From Bacteroidales bacterium (GTDB lineage Bacteria; Bacteroidota; Bacteroidia; Bacteroidales; WCHB1-69): a stretch of 64,000 nucleotides of DNA. Position numbers and translations under genes: made by a program. The stretch covers positions 11,998-75,997 of the forward strand of contig JAVBLM010000049.1 in assembly GCA_031553535.1 (NCBI GenBank), given 5' to 3'. The notes below the pieces were generated by a model that had not been told where the DNA came from, ran no database searches, and saw nothing but the letters and a program-made list of their open reading frames with translations. This document shows, piece by piece, positions 1-8,633 of the stretch. How positions within the stretch are numbered: position 1 is the first letter of the stretch; each line of letters opens with the position of its first letter.

Positions 1-900
1 ATAGGTCTCTTTATCTGTCTTTAAACGCCCTAATACATATGAATTGAATCCGCGGTTATGCGGCACCCAAATGGTAAGTGTATAACAATATATCTTTTCC
101 ATATTGGTAACGGCAGGATTGTCGATATCGGCGACATTGGGATTGGTTGATTCGTCGTACCATTCAAAATCGGCACTTCGAAGGTCGAATGAATTGATGT
201 TGGCATTGCGATGGTCTATGGCATTATCGCAAATCAGGATTGATTTTCCCGGTTGTACCGGATAATCGGTACCATTGCCGGGTATACGGTAAACAGCATC
301 CACCGCAACGGCACTCGACATAATATCGGGAGTATAATCAGATTTGGAAGTGGATAGGAACTTAGTCTCGGCAATCACCAATCCATCGGCATACAATATC
401 TCATCAGAATTGTTGAAAATGCGGAAATAGGTATCCCCTACATATTGTTTTCCTTCGGGAGTGAGTGTCCCGGTGAAAAATATCTCGGCAATAACGAAAT
501 CTCCTGCATTTTCTGAAAGAAATAAATTCAATGTGGCATTTGCTTGTGTGCCGGTTATATTTATCGACTCTTTATACCCTCTTAACGTTCCCGTTTTGAA
601 AGCTCCGTTTGTTTGATAGGTTGCTTTTGCTTCGAGTGAAAAATTATACAACCCTTCAAATAGTTCAAGGATATAAACTCCGGCTGAGTTTTGTTCCAAT
701 GGATAATCTGTGCTGCGGCCGGTAGTTATATTTTTTGCCGATAAAACAATCCTGCTTAGTTCTGCTTCGGAAATACTGTCCGGCATAATACAGGTTAGCG
801 TAACTTCTGTTGTTTTAAGTTCTTTTTTACAGGAGAAAACAACACTTCCCAGAATAAGTCCGGGCAGGATAATCTTTGCATATTTTAAAAATCTGTTCAT
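1..900 (-). CDS. Surface lipoprotein, possibly DUF4876 family (N-terminus complete, C-terminus runs off the left edge)
   Basis: Own minus-strand translation from ATG at 900-898: MNRFLKYAKIILPGLILGSVVFSCKK... (signal peptide plus lipobox Cys). The frame stays open to base 1 (...HNRGFNSYVLGRLKTDKETY). It lies directly downstream of the TonB-dependent receptor gene. It is absent from the ORF track because it has no stop in the window. Confidence 0.6.
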   Translation of the reverse strand, partial: MNRFLKYAKIILPGLILGSVVFSCKKELKTTEVTLTCIMPDSISEAELSRIVLSAKNITTGRSTDYPLEQNSAGVYILELFEGLYNFSLEAKATYQTNGAFKTGTLRGYKESINITGTQANATLNLFLSENAGDFVIAEIFFTGTLTPEGKQYVGDTYFRIFNNSDEILYADGLVIAETKFLSTSKSDYTPDIMSSAVAVDAVYRIPGNGTDYPVQPGKSILICDNAIDHRNANINSFDLRSADFEWYDESTNPNVADIDNPAVTNMEKIYCYTLTIWVPHNRGFNSYVLGRLKTDKETY

Positions 901-974
901 TGTATGTTTTTTTATTGTTATATACGGATGTTATTTTTATTTTATTTCTAATTACTTGGACTGCTTTGTCATTC

Positions 975-1135
975 TTCCTATCAATGGCAGGGATTAACTC
1001 CGTTGAGCTCGCAAGCTCGGTTATCTCACTGCATTTCGATGCTCTTAACTAACATATTGCCGTCATGCTGAACTCGATTCAGCATCCCCTTCCTTTAAGG
1101 GGGGCGGATCAAGTCCGCAAAGAACTATGTTACAA
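975..1135 (+). repeat. Mosaic intergenic repeat copy (module gattaactccgttgagctcgcaagctcggttatctcactgc.tttcgatgct plus extra hairpin modules)
   Basis: Near-identical module recurs at 24021-24135 (+), 35037-35150 (-) and 46430-46900. Contains hairpins atgctgaa/ttcagcat and cccctt/aagggg. Sits between the receptor gene and the lipoprotein gene. Confidence 0.8.
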
Positions 1136-1180
1136 ATTTGGCTTTTTAGATAAAAAATGTTGCTCATAACACGTTTTGTT

Positions 1181-3943
1181 TTATATTTTAATGTTTATTT
1201 CCATTCCGAAATAAGGCGTTACGTTTCTACGGATTATTACTCCATTGGATGCTTTATAATTGGGTGCATAATCAAATAGTTTATCTATAAAGAAAGCCAG
1301 TTTTATATATTTGGTAATAGTTTTTGTTACTTTCAGGTTGAGATAGCCTGCAAATGGGGTTGTAATTTTATTGTACATTGCCTCACTGTTTGGCTCGATA
1401 ATCAGCCATTGTTTATAAATATCCGATATGTCTTCTTGCGTGTAATCGTATATTGTTCCTGTATTGTCCATATAAGCTACAGGAACGCCGTCGCGATATA
1501 GGGTTTGCCTGCTTGAATAGCACTCCAGTTGGAAGGTCAGTGAAAATGTTAAACCCAATTTTTCAAAATGGGTATCAGTAATCAGATTAATGGTTAAACG
1601 TTCTCGTTCTGATCCATCTGTCCAATTATAATAACCGATGTAGAGGTCATTTACCGACGTACCGTCAATCACTGTTGTTACTCCTGAATAGAACATGGGC
1701 TGACTATTTACATAAGTAGTCCTAAACCAACCTCCATTCAATGTGAAACGTGTTTTGATGGCTTTTACCCGTTGTGATGAAAATTGAAATTCAACACCTT
1801 GTTTTTCTATTGTACTTCCGTTTGTTGTTTGCGAATAAGTATCCAAAACAGCCATTTCGGCATAGGGTAATGTTAACAAATCAGGAGGAGCAGTGAGGGC
1901 TTCATAATCAATGCCGCTGGCATCATACTTCTTATACGTGTAAGGGAGGCATACCGTTGTCGACCGGAAACCCGAATTCATGTTTTCACGGAAATAGGTA
2001 ACAGAAAAGTTATTTCTGTTGTATTCGGCACTTAAACGGACTTCCCATTTCAGGTTTTTGGCCGGTTGTAAATCATAGTTTACCGGATCGATTGCATAGG
2101 TGAGGATATTCAACCGGCGGTAATCAGGATTTTCATGCCAGTAATTCAATTGTATAACATCTTTATAATAAGTAGCCGGATATAATTGTGTTAGAGTAGG
2201 CATTTTCGTATGTAAGCCAATTCCTCCTGACAGACTGAATTTCAATTCATGTTTTTTTGTTTTAATAGCAGGGAAAAGCCATTGGGCATTCAAACGCGGA
2301 TCGAAATACATTTTACCATGCATTGTGTATCCTTTGTCCAAGTTTAATAATTGTGTGCTTCGTATTCCTGCCATTATTGTTAATTGATGCCGGGCAATAG
2401 CAATGTTCATTTCATCTTCCAGAAAGAATGATAATTGATGTCCTGCCGGTATTTCCCAATATGTTCGGGGACGAGTATACATGGGAACATAAAGCGGGCG
2501 AGAGAGATCAAATACTTGCCCGTCCCCGAAGTTTTTATCCATTTTCCATTCCACACCGGCAATTGCTTTGTGTTGTACTTTCCCTGTGGCAAACCCGAGA
2601 TTTGCTTTTAATTTTGTATATGCACCGAATGGCTTGCCATCCACTACATGTTTAGCTACATAGGTATAAGGCAAATACGTGCCGTCGTGTTCCCCCGGTT
2701 CGGTATTGGTTTGCATCGGACGGTCACGGTCTAGGGAAACAAAGCGGGTCTGTTCGATACGGTCAGCCTGATAGCTTAAATTGGTATTCATCTGTATTGA
2801 TTCCAGCACTTTCAACTTCTTGAAAACTATTTTCAATTGATTTGCCAAAGATGTCCGGTGGTAAGTAGAACGATAGGAGTCCTCTTTCATATAATTCAAA
2901 TCAGAATCCGTTTTGTCATTGTCGATAGATCCTGTATAATCGGCATTAATATTCCATCTGATGTTATAAGCTTCCTTTTCCCACAAATGCGAGTAACGGA
3001 CGGAAGCCGTTATTCGTTTATAGTTTTCCAAATTATCTCTGGGATCGGCTTTGGCATCCAGATAGTCTACCCCTACATTAAGAGTTGATTTCCCCTGATT
3101 GAAAGCAAATCCCTTTCCTGCATAAAATAGTTTCCCAAAACCATCTGTCTTAAAACGCGCCTCCCAAGGAGTTTCTTTCATTTTCCTTTCTATTTTAACC
3201 AATCCGCTGGTTAAGTCTCCATATTCTACAGAAGCGATTCCCCGGATAATCTCCACTTTTTCGATCTCATCGGTAGAGATACTTCTCATATCCACTCCTT
3301 TGTTAGTAGTATTACGCGAATAATCCTGGCTACCTGATCCTGCCTGGGCTACGTATTGCATATTAGCATCCGTGCTGATAGGAGCGCCGTCTATAACAAA
3401 TGCCGTTCCCAATGAACTGGTAGCATAATCACTACTTTCGATACCTGCTTCTCGCAGTTGGATCAGATTAGCTTTGTTCATCTCGGGAGCTTTTGTCCCT
3501 TCTCCGGGAAGTAAAGCCAAAATATCCGTAAAACTAGTCGGCTGAAGATGTTCCATTGCCTCTCTGTTAATGGTAGATGAACTGCTGATACCTTTTGATT
3601 CCGATGCCGTAATTACAACTTCTTTGAGAGAATGAATATTAAGTTCTAATGCAAAATGTAAAGAGGTATCTTGTTGCAGGTCGAATGCAATAGTACGGGT
3701 TACATAATAGGAATGAAGTAAATGGATGGTTATTTTTCCTTTTATTGCATTAAAATATGCGTTTCCTTCTTTATCGGAAACTCCGGAAATAAAATTACCA
3801 TCAGTGTACACGATATAGACAGAAACATCCGAAACAGAAAGTCGAGTCTCCTTATCAGTTAGTTTTATTTTAAGTCTTTCGGCAGATAAACTCATAGTGC
3901 TGAAAAACAATAGGAACAAAACTATACTATACTTTATCCCCAT
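1181..3943 (-). CDS. TonB-dependent outer-membrane receptor with N-terminal carboxypeptidase-regulatory-like domain
   Basis: 920 aa ORF. It has a signal peptide, then a CarbopepD_reg-like beta-sandwich (LKIKLTDKETRLSVSDVSVYIVY...GNAYF). A plug region follows (TDILALLPG...VIDGAPIS) and a long beta-barrel ending in an aromatic terminal strand (...YFGMEINIKI). Confidence 0.85.
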   Translation of the reverse strand: MGIKYSIVLFLLFFSTMSLSAERLKIKLTDKETRLSVSDVSVYIVYTDGNFISGVSDKEGNAYFNAIKGKITIHLLHSYYVTRTIAFDLQQDTSLHFALELNIHSLKEVVITASESKGISSSSTINREAMEHLQPTSFTDILALLPGEGTKAPEMNKANLIQLREAGIESSDYATSSLGTAFVIDGAPISTDANMQYVAQAGSGSQDYSRNTTNKGVDMRSISTDEIEKVEIIRGIASVEYGDLTSGLVKIERKMKETPWEARFKTDGFGKLFYAGKGFAFNQGKSTLNVGVDYLDAKADPRDNLENYKRITASVRYSHLWEKEAYNIRWNINADYTGSIDNDKTDSDLNYMKEDSYRSTYHRTSLANQLKIVFKKLKVLESIQMNTNLSYQADRIEQTRFVSLDRDRPMQTNTEPGEHDGTYLPYTYVAKHVVDGKPFGAYTKLKANLGFATGKVQHKAIAGVEWKMDKNFGDGQVFDLSRPLYVPMYTRPRTYWEIPAGHQLSFFLEDEMNIAIARHQLTIMAGIRSTQLLNLDKGYTMHGKMYFDPRLNAQWLFPAIKTKKHELKFSLSGGIGLHTKMPTLTQLYPATYYKDVIQLNYWHENPDYRRLNILTYAIDPVNYDLQPAKNLKWEVRLSAEYNRNNFSVTYFRENMNSGFRSTTVCLPYTYKKYDASGIDYEALTAPPDLLTLPYAEMAVLDTYSQTTNGSTIEKQGVEFQFSSQRVKAIKTRFTLNGGWFRTTYVNSQPMFYSGVTTVIDGTSVNDLYIGYYNWTDGSERERLTINLITDTHFEKLGLTFSLTFQLECYSSRQTLYRDGVPVAYMDNTGTIYDYTQEDISDIYKQWLIIEPNSEAMYNKITTPFAGYLNLKVTKTITKYIKLAFFIDKLFDYAPNYKASNGVIIRRNVTPYFGMEINIKI

Positions 3944-4171
3944 TTAATAATTATCTTTATATAAAAGATTACTAAATTATCACATTAGTTTAAATGAGTA
4001 TATAGCCATAAATTATGATTTTTCCATTGAATTATCCCTATAATAAGGGATGTGATGTGCTTATATTGTTTAGATTTTATATAGTCAAAAGTTAAATTTG
4101 AGATAGAACAAATAAAATGTCCGTTTTCATTACAATGATCGAAAGACATTTGTTATGATTCGTGCTCTGTA

Positions 4172-4240
4172 AAATGAAATAAGCCTTAAGATCAAGCGAT
4201 CTTAAGGCTTATTTTGTACCCGAGGCCGATACAAAACCTG
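4172..4240. repeat. attL: degenerate copy of the tRNA-Leu 3' end plus adjacent hairpin
   Basis: aaataagccttaagatcaagcgatcttaaggcttattttGTACCCGAGGCCGatacaaaacc aligns with 20698-20766. The 13 bp core GTACCCGAGGCCG (4216-4228) is identical to 20742-20754. Confidence 0.8.
4178..4213. terminator. Bidirectional stem-loop terminator (16 bp stem, loop aagc)
   Basis: aataagccttaagatc-aagc-gatcttaaggcttatt, with T-runs on both sides. It resembles the weaker hairpin directly downstream of tRNA-Leu at 20705-20738. Confidence 0.65.
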
Positions 4241-4342
4241 GAAAATAAAAGAAATAAAAAATAAATATAAGAATAAATATCAAATATTTACGATTTTATA
4301 GGTAGGTTTTATTTTCCTATTTTTTCTTATTATTAGTCATTT

Positions 4343-4362
4343 TTTGCTCCCTATTTGCGCCC
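4343..4362 (+). promoter_or_regulatory. 20 bp box tttgctccctatttgcgccc (candidate integrase arm-type site, P' arm)
   Basis: Identical 20-mer at 20674-20693, same orientation. In a circularised element the two copies would flank the att core. Confidence 0.4.
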
Positions 4363-4379
4363 CCAAATAAAATTAGTTA

Positions 4380-4387
4380 TACTTTTG
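4380..4387 (+). promoter_or_regulatory. Bacteroidetes -7 promoter box (TAnnTTTG) upstream of the integrase
   Basis: tacttttg lies 38 nt upstream of the ATG at 4425. Confidence 0.4.
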
Positions 4388-4424
4388 TAAACAAAAGAAA
4401 ATAAAGGAAAAACAATTTATTAAG

Positions 4425-5612
4425 ATGGCTAAAAATGATTCTTTAGTAACAGATAATCCAAAGCTTAAGGAAAAACAATTATCTGATGGGCAAATTAGTC
4501 TTTTTTTAGAGTACTATTTAGGTTATTCTAAAGTATATGATGAAATAAAAGATAAAGAAATTATAAAAGTGAATCGGAAAAAAGAATTCTTGAATCTTTA
4601 TTTATACTCTAATCCACGTACTCCTATTGAAAGACAACAAAATAAAGAAACTGTCATTCTTGCTAGAAAAATAAGGGCAGAAAGAGAACAAGAATTGAAA
4701 GAAAATAAGTATGGATATAGACTCAGGAAGGATAAAGTTATTAATTTCCTTGACTATTTTCAAAATTATATAAATAACTATACTAAAAAAGATATTAGGA
4801 TGATGCAAATGTCTTTAAATAGATTTAAAGATTTTTTAAAAGAGGATTATCCCCAATATTCAGATTGTATTAAACCTCCTCAAATAACAAAGGAGATGAT
4901 GCTTTCTTTTGTTGAATACCTACAAGGAAAAAGTGTAGGTGAAGGAGCAAGAAGTATTTTTCAGCGATTTAAGAAAGTGATAAATTATGCTGTAGAGCAG
5001 GATATTATATTGAAAAATCCCTGTATTGGAATAACTTGTAAAATTGATAATCAAACTCTTAGGAAAGATATTTTGAGTCTAGAGGAGATGGAAAAACTCA
5101 TTACGACTACTTACCTGGGTCAGAACCAGGAAATTAGAAGAGGATTTATATTTAGCTTATATACAGGTATTAGATTCTGTGATCTTACTGAATTGAGATT
5201 CAGAAATGTAGATTATTCAAATAGGGTATTGAAGTTTGAACAAAGTAAAACAAAAGGACATAGTGTAAATAGTAGTGTTATTATTCCTTTAAATGATGGT
5301 TTATTAACACTGATAGGTAACACTTCATCCGATAATAAAGAGAATTTTATATTTAATCTACCGAGTCATACAATGTGCTTAAAAGCTTTAAGACGTTGGA
5401 CGAAAAGAGCAGGTATAGATAAACATATAACATGGCATTGTGCGAGGCATTCTTTTGCTGTAAATATCCTTAACAATGGAGCTAATATAAAAACTGTAGC
5501 CAGTTTATTAGGACATAGTGGGTTGAAACATACTGAAAAATATACACGTGCAGTAGATTCTTTAAAAGAAGCTGCAATTAATAGTTTACCAAAATTAAAT
5601 TTATATCAATGA
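4425..5612 (+). CDS. Tyrosine site-specific integrase (Bacteroidetes type with N-terminal arm-binding-like domain)
   Basis: 395 aa. C-terminal catalytic signature ...GIRFCDL...WHCARHSFAVNIL...LLGHSGLKHTEKYTR (R..HxxR..H..Y). Located immediately inside attL. Confidence 0.9.
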   Translation: MAKNDSLVTDNPKLKEKQLSDGQISLFLEYYLGYSKVYDEIKDKEIIKVNRKKEFLNLYLYSNPRTPIERQQNKETVILARKIRAEREQELKENKYGYRLRKDKVINFLDYFQNYINNYTKKDIRMMQMSLNRFKDFLKEDYPQYSDCIKPPQITKEMMLSFVEYLQGKSVGEGARSIFQRFKKVINYAVEQDIILKNPCIGITCKIDNQTLRKDILSLEEMEKLITTTYLGQNQEIRRGFIFSLYTGIRFCDLTELRFRNVDYSNRVLKFEQSKTKGHSVNSSVIIPLNDGLLTLIGNTSSDNKENFIFNLPSHTMCLKALRRWTKRAGIDKHITWHCARHSFAVNILNNGANIKTVASLLGHSGLKHTEKYTRAVDSLKEAAINSLPKLNLYQ

Positions 5613-6433
5613 ATCTTAACATTAACGATATTTTAAAGGAAATGCCTATAAATGAATGCAGTGCTATTACAAAGCATTTTACGGTACGAAAAAATCCCCA
5701 ATTATGTAAAGAATTTGAATTTAATGGTGCTAAGAAGTGTTGTTCTAAAATTAAAACATGTGAAATCATAAACGTACACTCCGAAAATACATGCGATTAT
5801 TTTATTTTGAGTAATAATCCTCAAGAAATATTTGATTTTCATTTTCATAACCATAAAAGAGGGGAAACATCCTTAACAGAAAAAATATTTGCAAGGTATG
5901 AAAAACAACGTATGGAAAGAATGTTGAATAAAATTGACACTGAAAAGAATGATTTTTTTACTTATTGGGAAGAACACTTTATCTATTTGATTTATATTGA
6001 ATTCCTTGATAATTTATTGGAGGAGAATATAAAAATTAAGCCTAAAAATAATATAAATAAACACTTTACTCGAGAATCTAAGATGAAGGAACTAAAGAAA
6101 TTATTTGATAATTTGATTAAAGGTGGTTATATATTAGAAAATACTCTTTTTAGTCATTTTTGCTATGTATTAGATGGTATTCCTATTCCAGATAATGAAG
6201 TGCCATTTGCTCTTATTCAATGGATTGATAATCAGATATTACTTGCTTGTTTTATCAGAGATATGTTTTCTGATATTGATAATGATTATTGGGAAATATC
6301 AAAATCATGTTTTCAGATTCAAGGAAAGAGTATAAATATCATAACTATGAAAAAAAACATGAGCGATATAAAGTGCGGACGTAGGGGATATCCTAGAAGA
6401 TATTCCGATTTGAGGGATATTATGATTATTTGA
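5609..6433 (+). CDS. Hypothetical protein (island cargo)
   Basis: 274 aa ORF whose ATG overlaps the integrase stop (ATGA). No motif recognised. Confidence 0.5.
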   Translation: MNLNINDILKEMPINECSAITKHFTVRKNPQLCKEFEFNGAKKCCSKIKTCEIINVHSENTCDYFILSNNPQEIFDFHFHNHKRGETSLTEKIFARYEKQRMERMLNKIDTEKNDFFTYWEEHFIYLIYIEFLDNLLEENIKIKPKNNINKHFTRESKMKELKKLFDNLIKGGYILENTLFSHFCYVLDGIPIPDNEVPFALIQWIDNQILLACFIRDMFSDIDNDYWEISKSCFQIQGKSINIITMKKNMSDIKCGRRGYPRRYSDLRDIMII

Positions 6434-6476
6434 TAGTTAAGATAATATATTTCAAAAGGGTACTAAATTAGATTAT

Positions 6477-6758
6477 ATGATAAGTAAAAAAGATAAAGAA
6501 ATCGCCTTATCCATGAATAATGAAGATATGTTTACCTATATAACAAGAGTTCAGAAATCAGATAAAAATTATGGTTCCGTTATACGGTTGTTAGTGGGAG
6601 TGATTGACTCATATGAAGATGTATATAAAATAGTAAGATATTCATTGAGAAATAATAAAAAATTACATGCTATTTATCCTGAACTTGGAGAAGAGCCAAC
6701 ACAAAATATGAAGTATTTAGGTAGTATAATAGATGGTGCTTTATACATTGATAAATAA
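6477..6758 (+). CDS. Hypothetical small protein (island cargo)
   Basis: 93 aa ORF, same strand, 43 nt after the previous gene. No motif recognised. Confidence 0.4.
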   Translation: MISKKDKEIALSMNNEDMFTYITRVQKSDKNYGSVIRLLVGVIDSYEDVYKIVRYSLRNNKKLHAIYPELGEEPTQNMKYLGSIIDGALYIDK

Positions 6759-7140
6759 ATATTTACAATAGAATAATGTTTTCTTGTTTTTTTTAAAAGT
6801 ATGTTTATTTGTAAGTGCAAATTTGGAATTGATTTACAGGTTTTTGTATTTTCTATTAATAGTAAATTTGGAATTTAAAAAGGTAAAAAGAAAATCGATA
6901 AACATCTTTAATAGATATCTTATGAAATCAGATTTAATTATGCTGATTTTCAAATAAATATTATCAAGTTTTACGTATTTTCAATAGAGGCTTAATACTT
7001 TAGATTGGAGATTTTATTCTCATAATTAATGAGTTATAAAAATAGTAATTTACTTCTTTTTTACGTGCTTTTTACTTTTTTTGTTGCATTTTTACTATTT
7101 TACTTAATATTATATTGTTTTTCTACTTAATTTTACTTTT

Positions 7141-7164
7141 AAATCCTCTTTTCAAAGAGGATTT
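7141..7164 (+). terminator. Strong stem-loop followed by a T-run inside the 700 bp non-coding stretch of the island
   Basis: aaatcctcttt-tc-aaagaggattt, then tttagtctttttt. Confidence 0.45.
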
Positions 7165-7454
7165 TTAGTCTTTTTTATGTATTTTTATAGTAAAAAATAC
7201 AAAGGTAATATATTGAATGAGAAATAGTTATTTTGTTTTCGAAATTTAATAAGATAAAAAAGAAGTAAAAGAGAGATAAAAAGGTAAATTTACATATTTT
7301 TACATGATTTTGATGTTTTGAAATTTACAGATTTTCGATACCGGATATTTTTTTCTTTTTAAATTGCAGTAATTCAATGTTTTAGTGTGTTTTTCGCTTC
7401 TTTTATAAATTTATCCAATTAAGAGGTTGATTTTTTAGGAAAAATATTCTTTCT

Positions 7455-8324
7455 TTGTTTTCAGAAAATAAATATAATATGAATTTAAAAGAGGTACAAT
7501 TAATAATTCAAAATATTGACTATATAAATCCGAATGATGAAAACGCGTACGAAAAAGTAATTATACAATTAATGTCTATTAAACCTTTCCCCGTAATTAC
7601 GCATAAAATACATTCTGGTGAATTTCTTTTTAGAAGTAAAATTAAAAAGAGAAATATATTCTTTGACGAAATAGATAAATTATCTATAACCCCTAATAAA
7701 TTTATTCAATCATTTGGAAGGTGTAATAGACCTTTTCAATCAAAATTTTATGCATCAGAGAATAGACCAACATCATATGCTGAATTATTAGAATCATGGG
7801 TTGAGGGAAAAGAAAATAATGACATTATTTATGTGACAGTTGGAATGTGGGAATTGAAAAATAATTTAAATTCTATAATCATTACCACTCCAGATTCTGA
7901 AAATCGATTAAATCAATATGACAAAGAAAATGGGATAATTTTAGATGAATACATTGCTCAATTTGACTCTGAGAGTCAAGAAGCAATAAAAGAAATTTAT
8001 AGATTTTTCTTTGATAGATTCAGGAAAATATCGAAAAACAATTTTAAAAATTATATAATAACAAGTGCTATTACCAATTTAAGTTTGTCGTTAGCAGATA
8101 AAAATGTTTTTGCAATTACTTATCCTAGTGTTCCATTACGTGAGCAAGGAATTAATGTTGCAATTAATAAAGATTTCCTGACCCAAGATAATATTTTCTT
8201 GACTAAAGTTTTAAGAAGTGAATTACTATTATTATTGGATAATGAATCAAAACATATTCTTCGTGAAATAAATCAGAAAGAATCAAAACAAATAAATTAT
8301 AAAACAAGAAAGATTATCTGGTAA
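7455..8324 (+). CDS. Hypothetical protein with a RES-domain-like motif (possible NAD+-targeting toxin)
   Basis: 289 aa (TTG at 7455; first ATG at 7479). FLFRS...FGRCNRPFQSKFYASENRPTSYAELLES resembles the Arg/Tyr/Glu core of RES domains. By-eye call only. Confidence 0.35.
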   Translation: MFSENKYNMNLKEVQLIIQNIDYINPNDENAYEKVIIQLMSIKPFPVITHKIHSGEFLFRSKIKKRNIFFDEIDKLSITPNKFIQSFGRCNRPFQSKFYASENRPTSYAELLESWVEGKENNDIIYVTVGMWELKNNLNSIIITTPDSENRLNQYDKENGIILDEYIAQFDSESQEAIKEIYRFFFDRFRKISKNNFKNYIITSAITNLSLSLADKNVFAITYPSVPLREQGINVAINKDFLTQDNIFLTKVLRSELLLLLDNESKHILREINQKESKQINYKTRKIIW

Positions 8325-8542
8325 TCAAAATCATTATATCAATTAGGTTATAAATACAGTGTGTAATTTTACTTAAAATGTATTTGTTTTGAAATATGGA
8401 TATTTATTATGCTTATTATGAATGCGTTATGTTGCTAATGAAAGGTTCTTTTTCTTGTTCAACGGATTTGACATATATCATCTTTTTAACAAATAATATT
8501 TAATCCATCTAAATTACTTGTTGTTCTACCTTCATTTTTTTG

Positions 8543-8550
8543 TACTTTTG
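8543..8550 (+). promoter_or_regulatory. Candidate -7 promoter box (TAnnTTTG) for the hsd operon
   Basis: tacttttg lies 84 nt upstream of the hsdR ATG. An 8 bp-stem hairpin ttattatg/cataataa sits between the box and the ATG. Confidence 0.35.
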
Positions 8551-8633
8551 CACTTCTATTATGAGTATGAGCATAATAATATGTTACCGTCTTGAATAAT
8601 AGAAACATCTGATATAAGAGAGTTAATGTTTTT

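Noticed and set aside
710-997. 95 aa + strand ORF, and similar ORFs at 2407..2592, 2428..2655 and 2837..3088
   Set aside because: They are antisense to, or nested in, the well-supported lipoprotein and TonB-dependent receptor genes. They have hydrophobic low-complexity translations typical of antisense frames.
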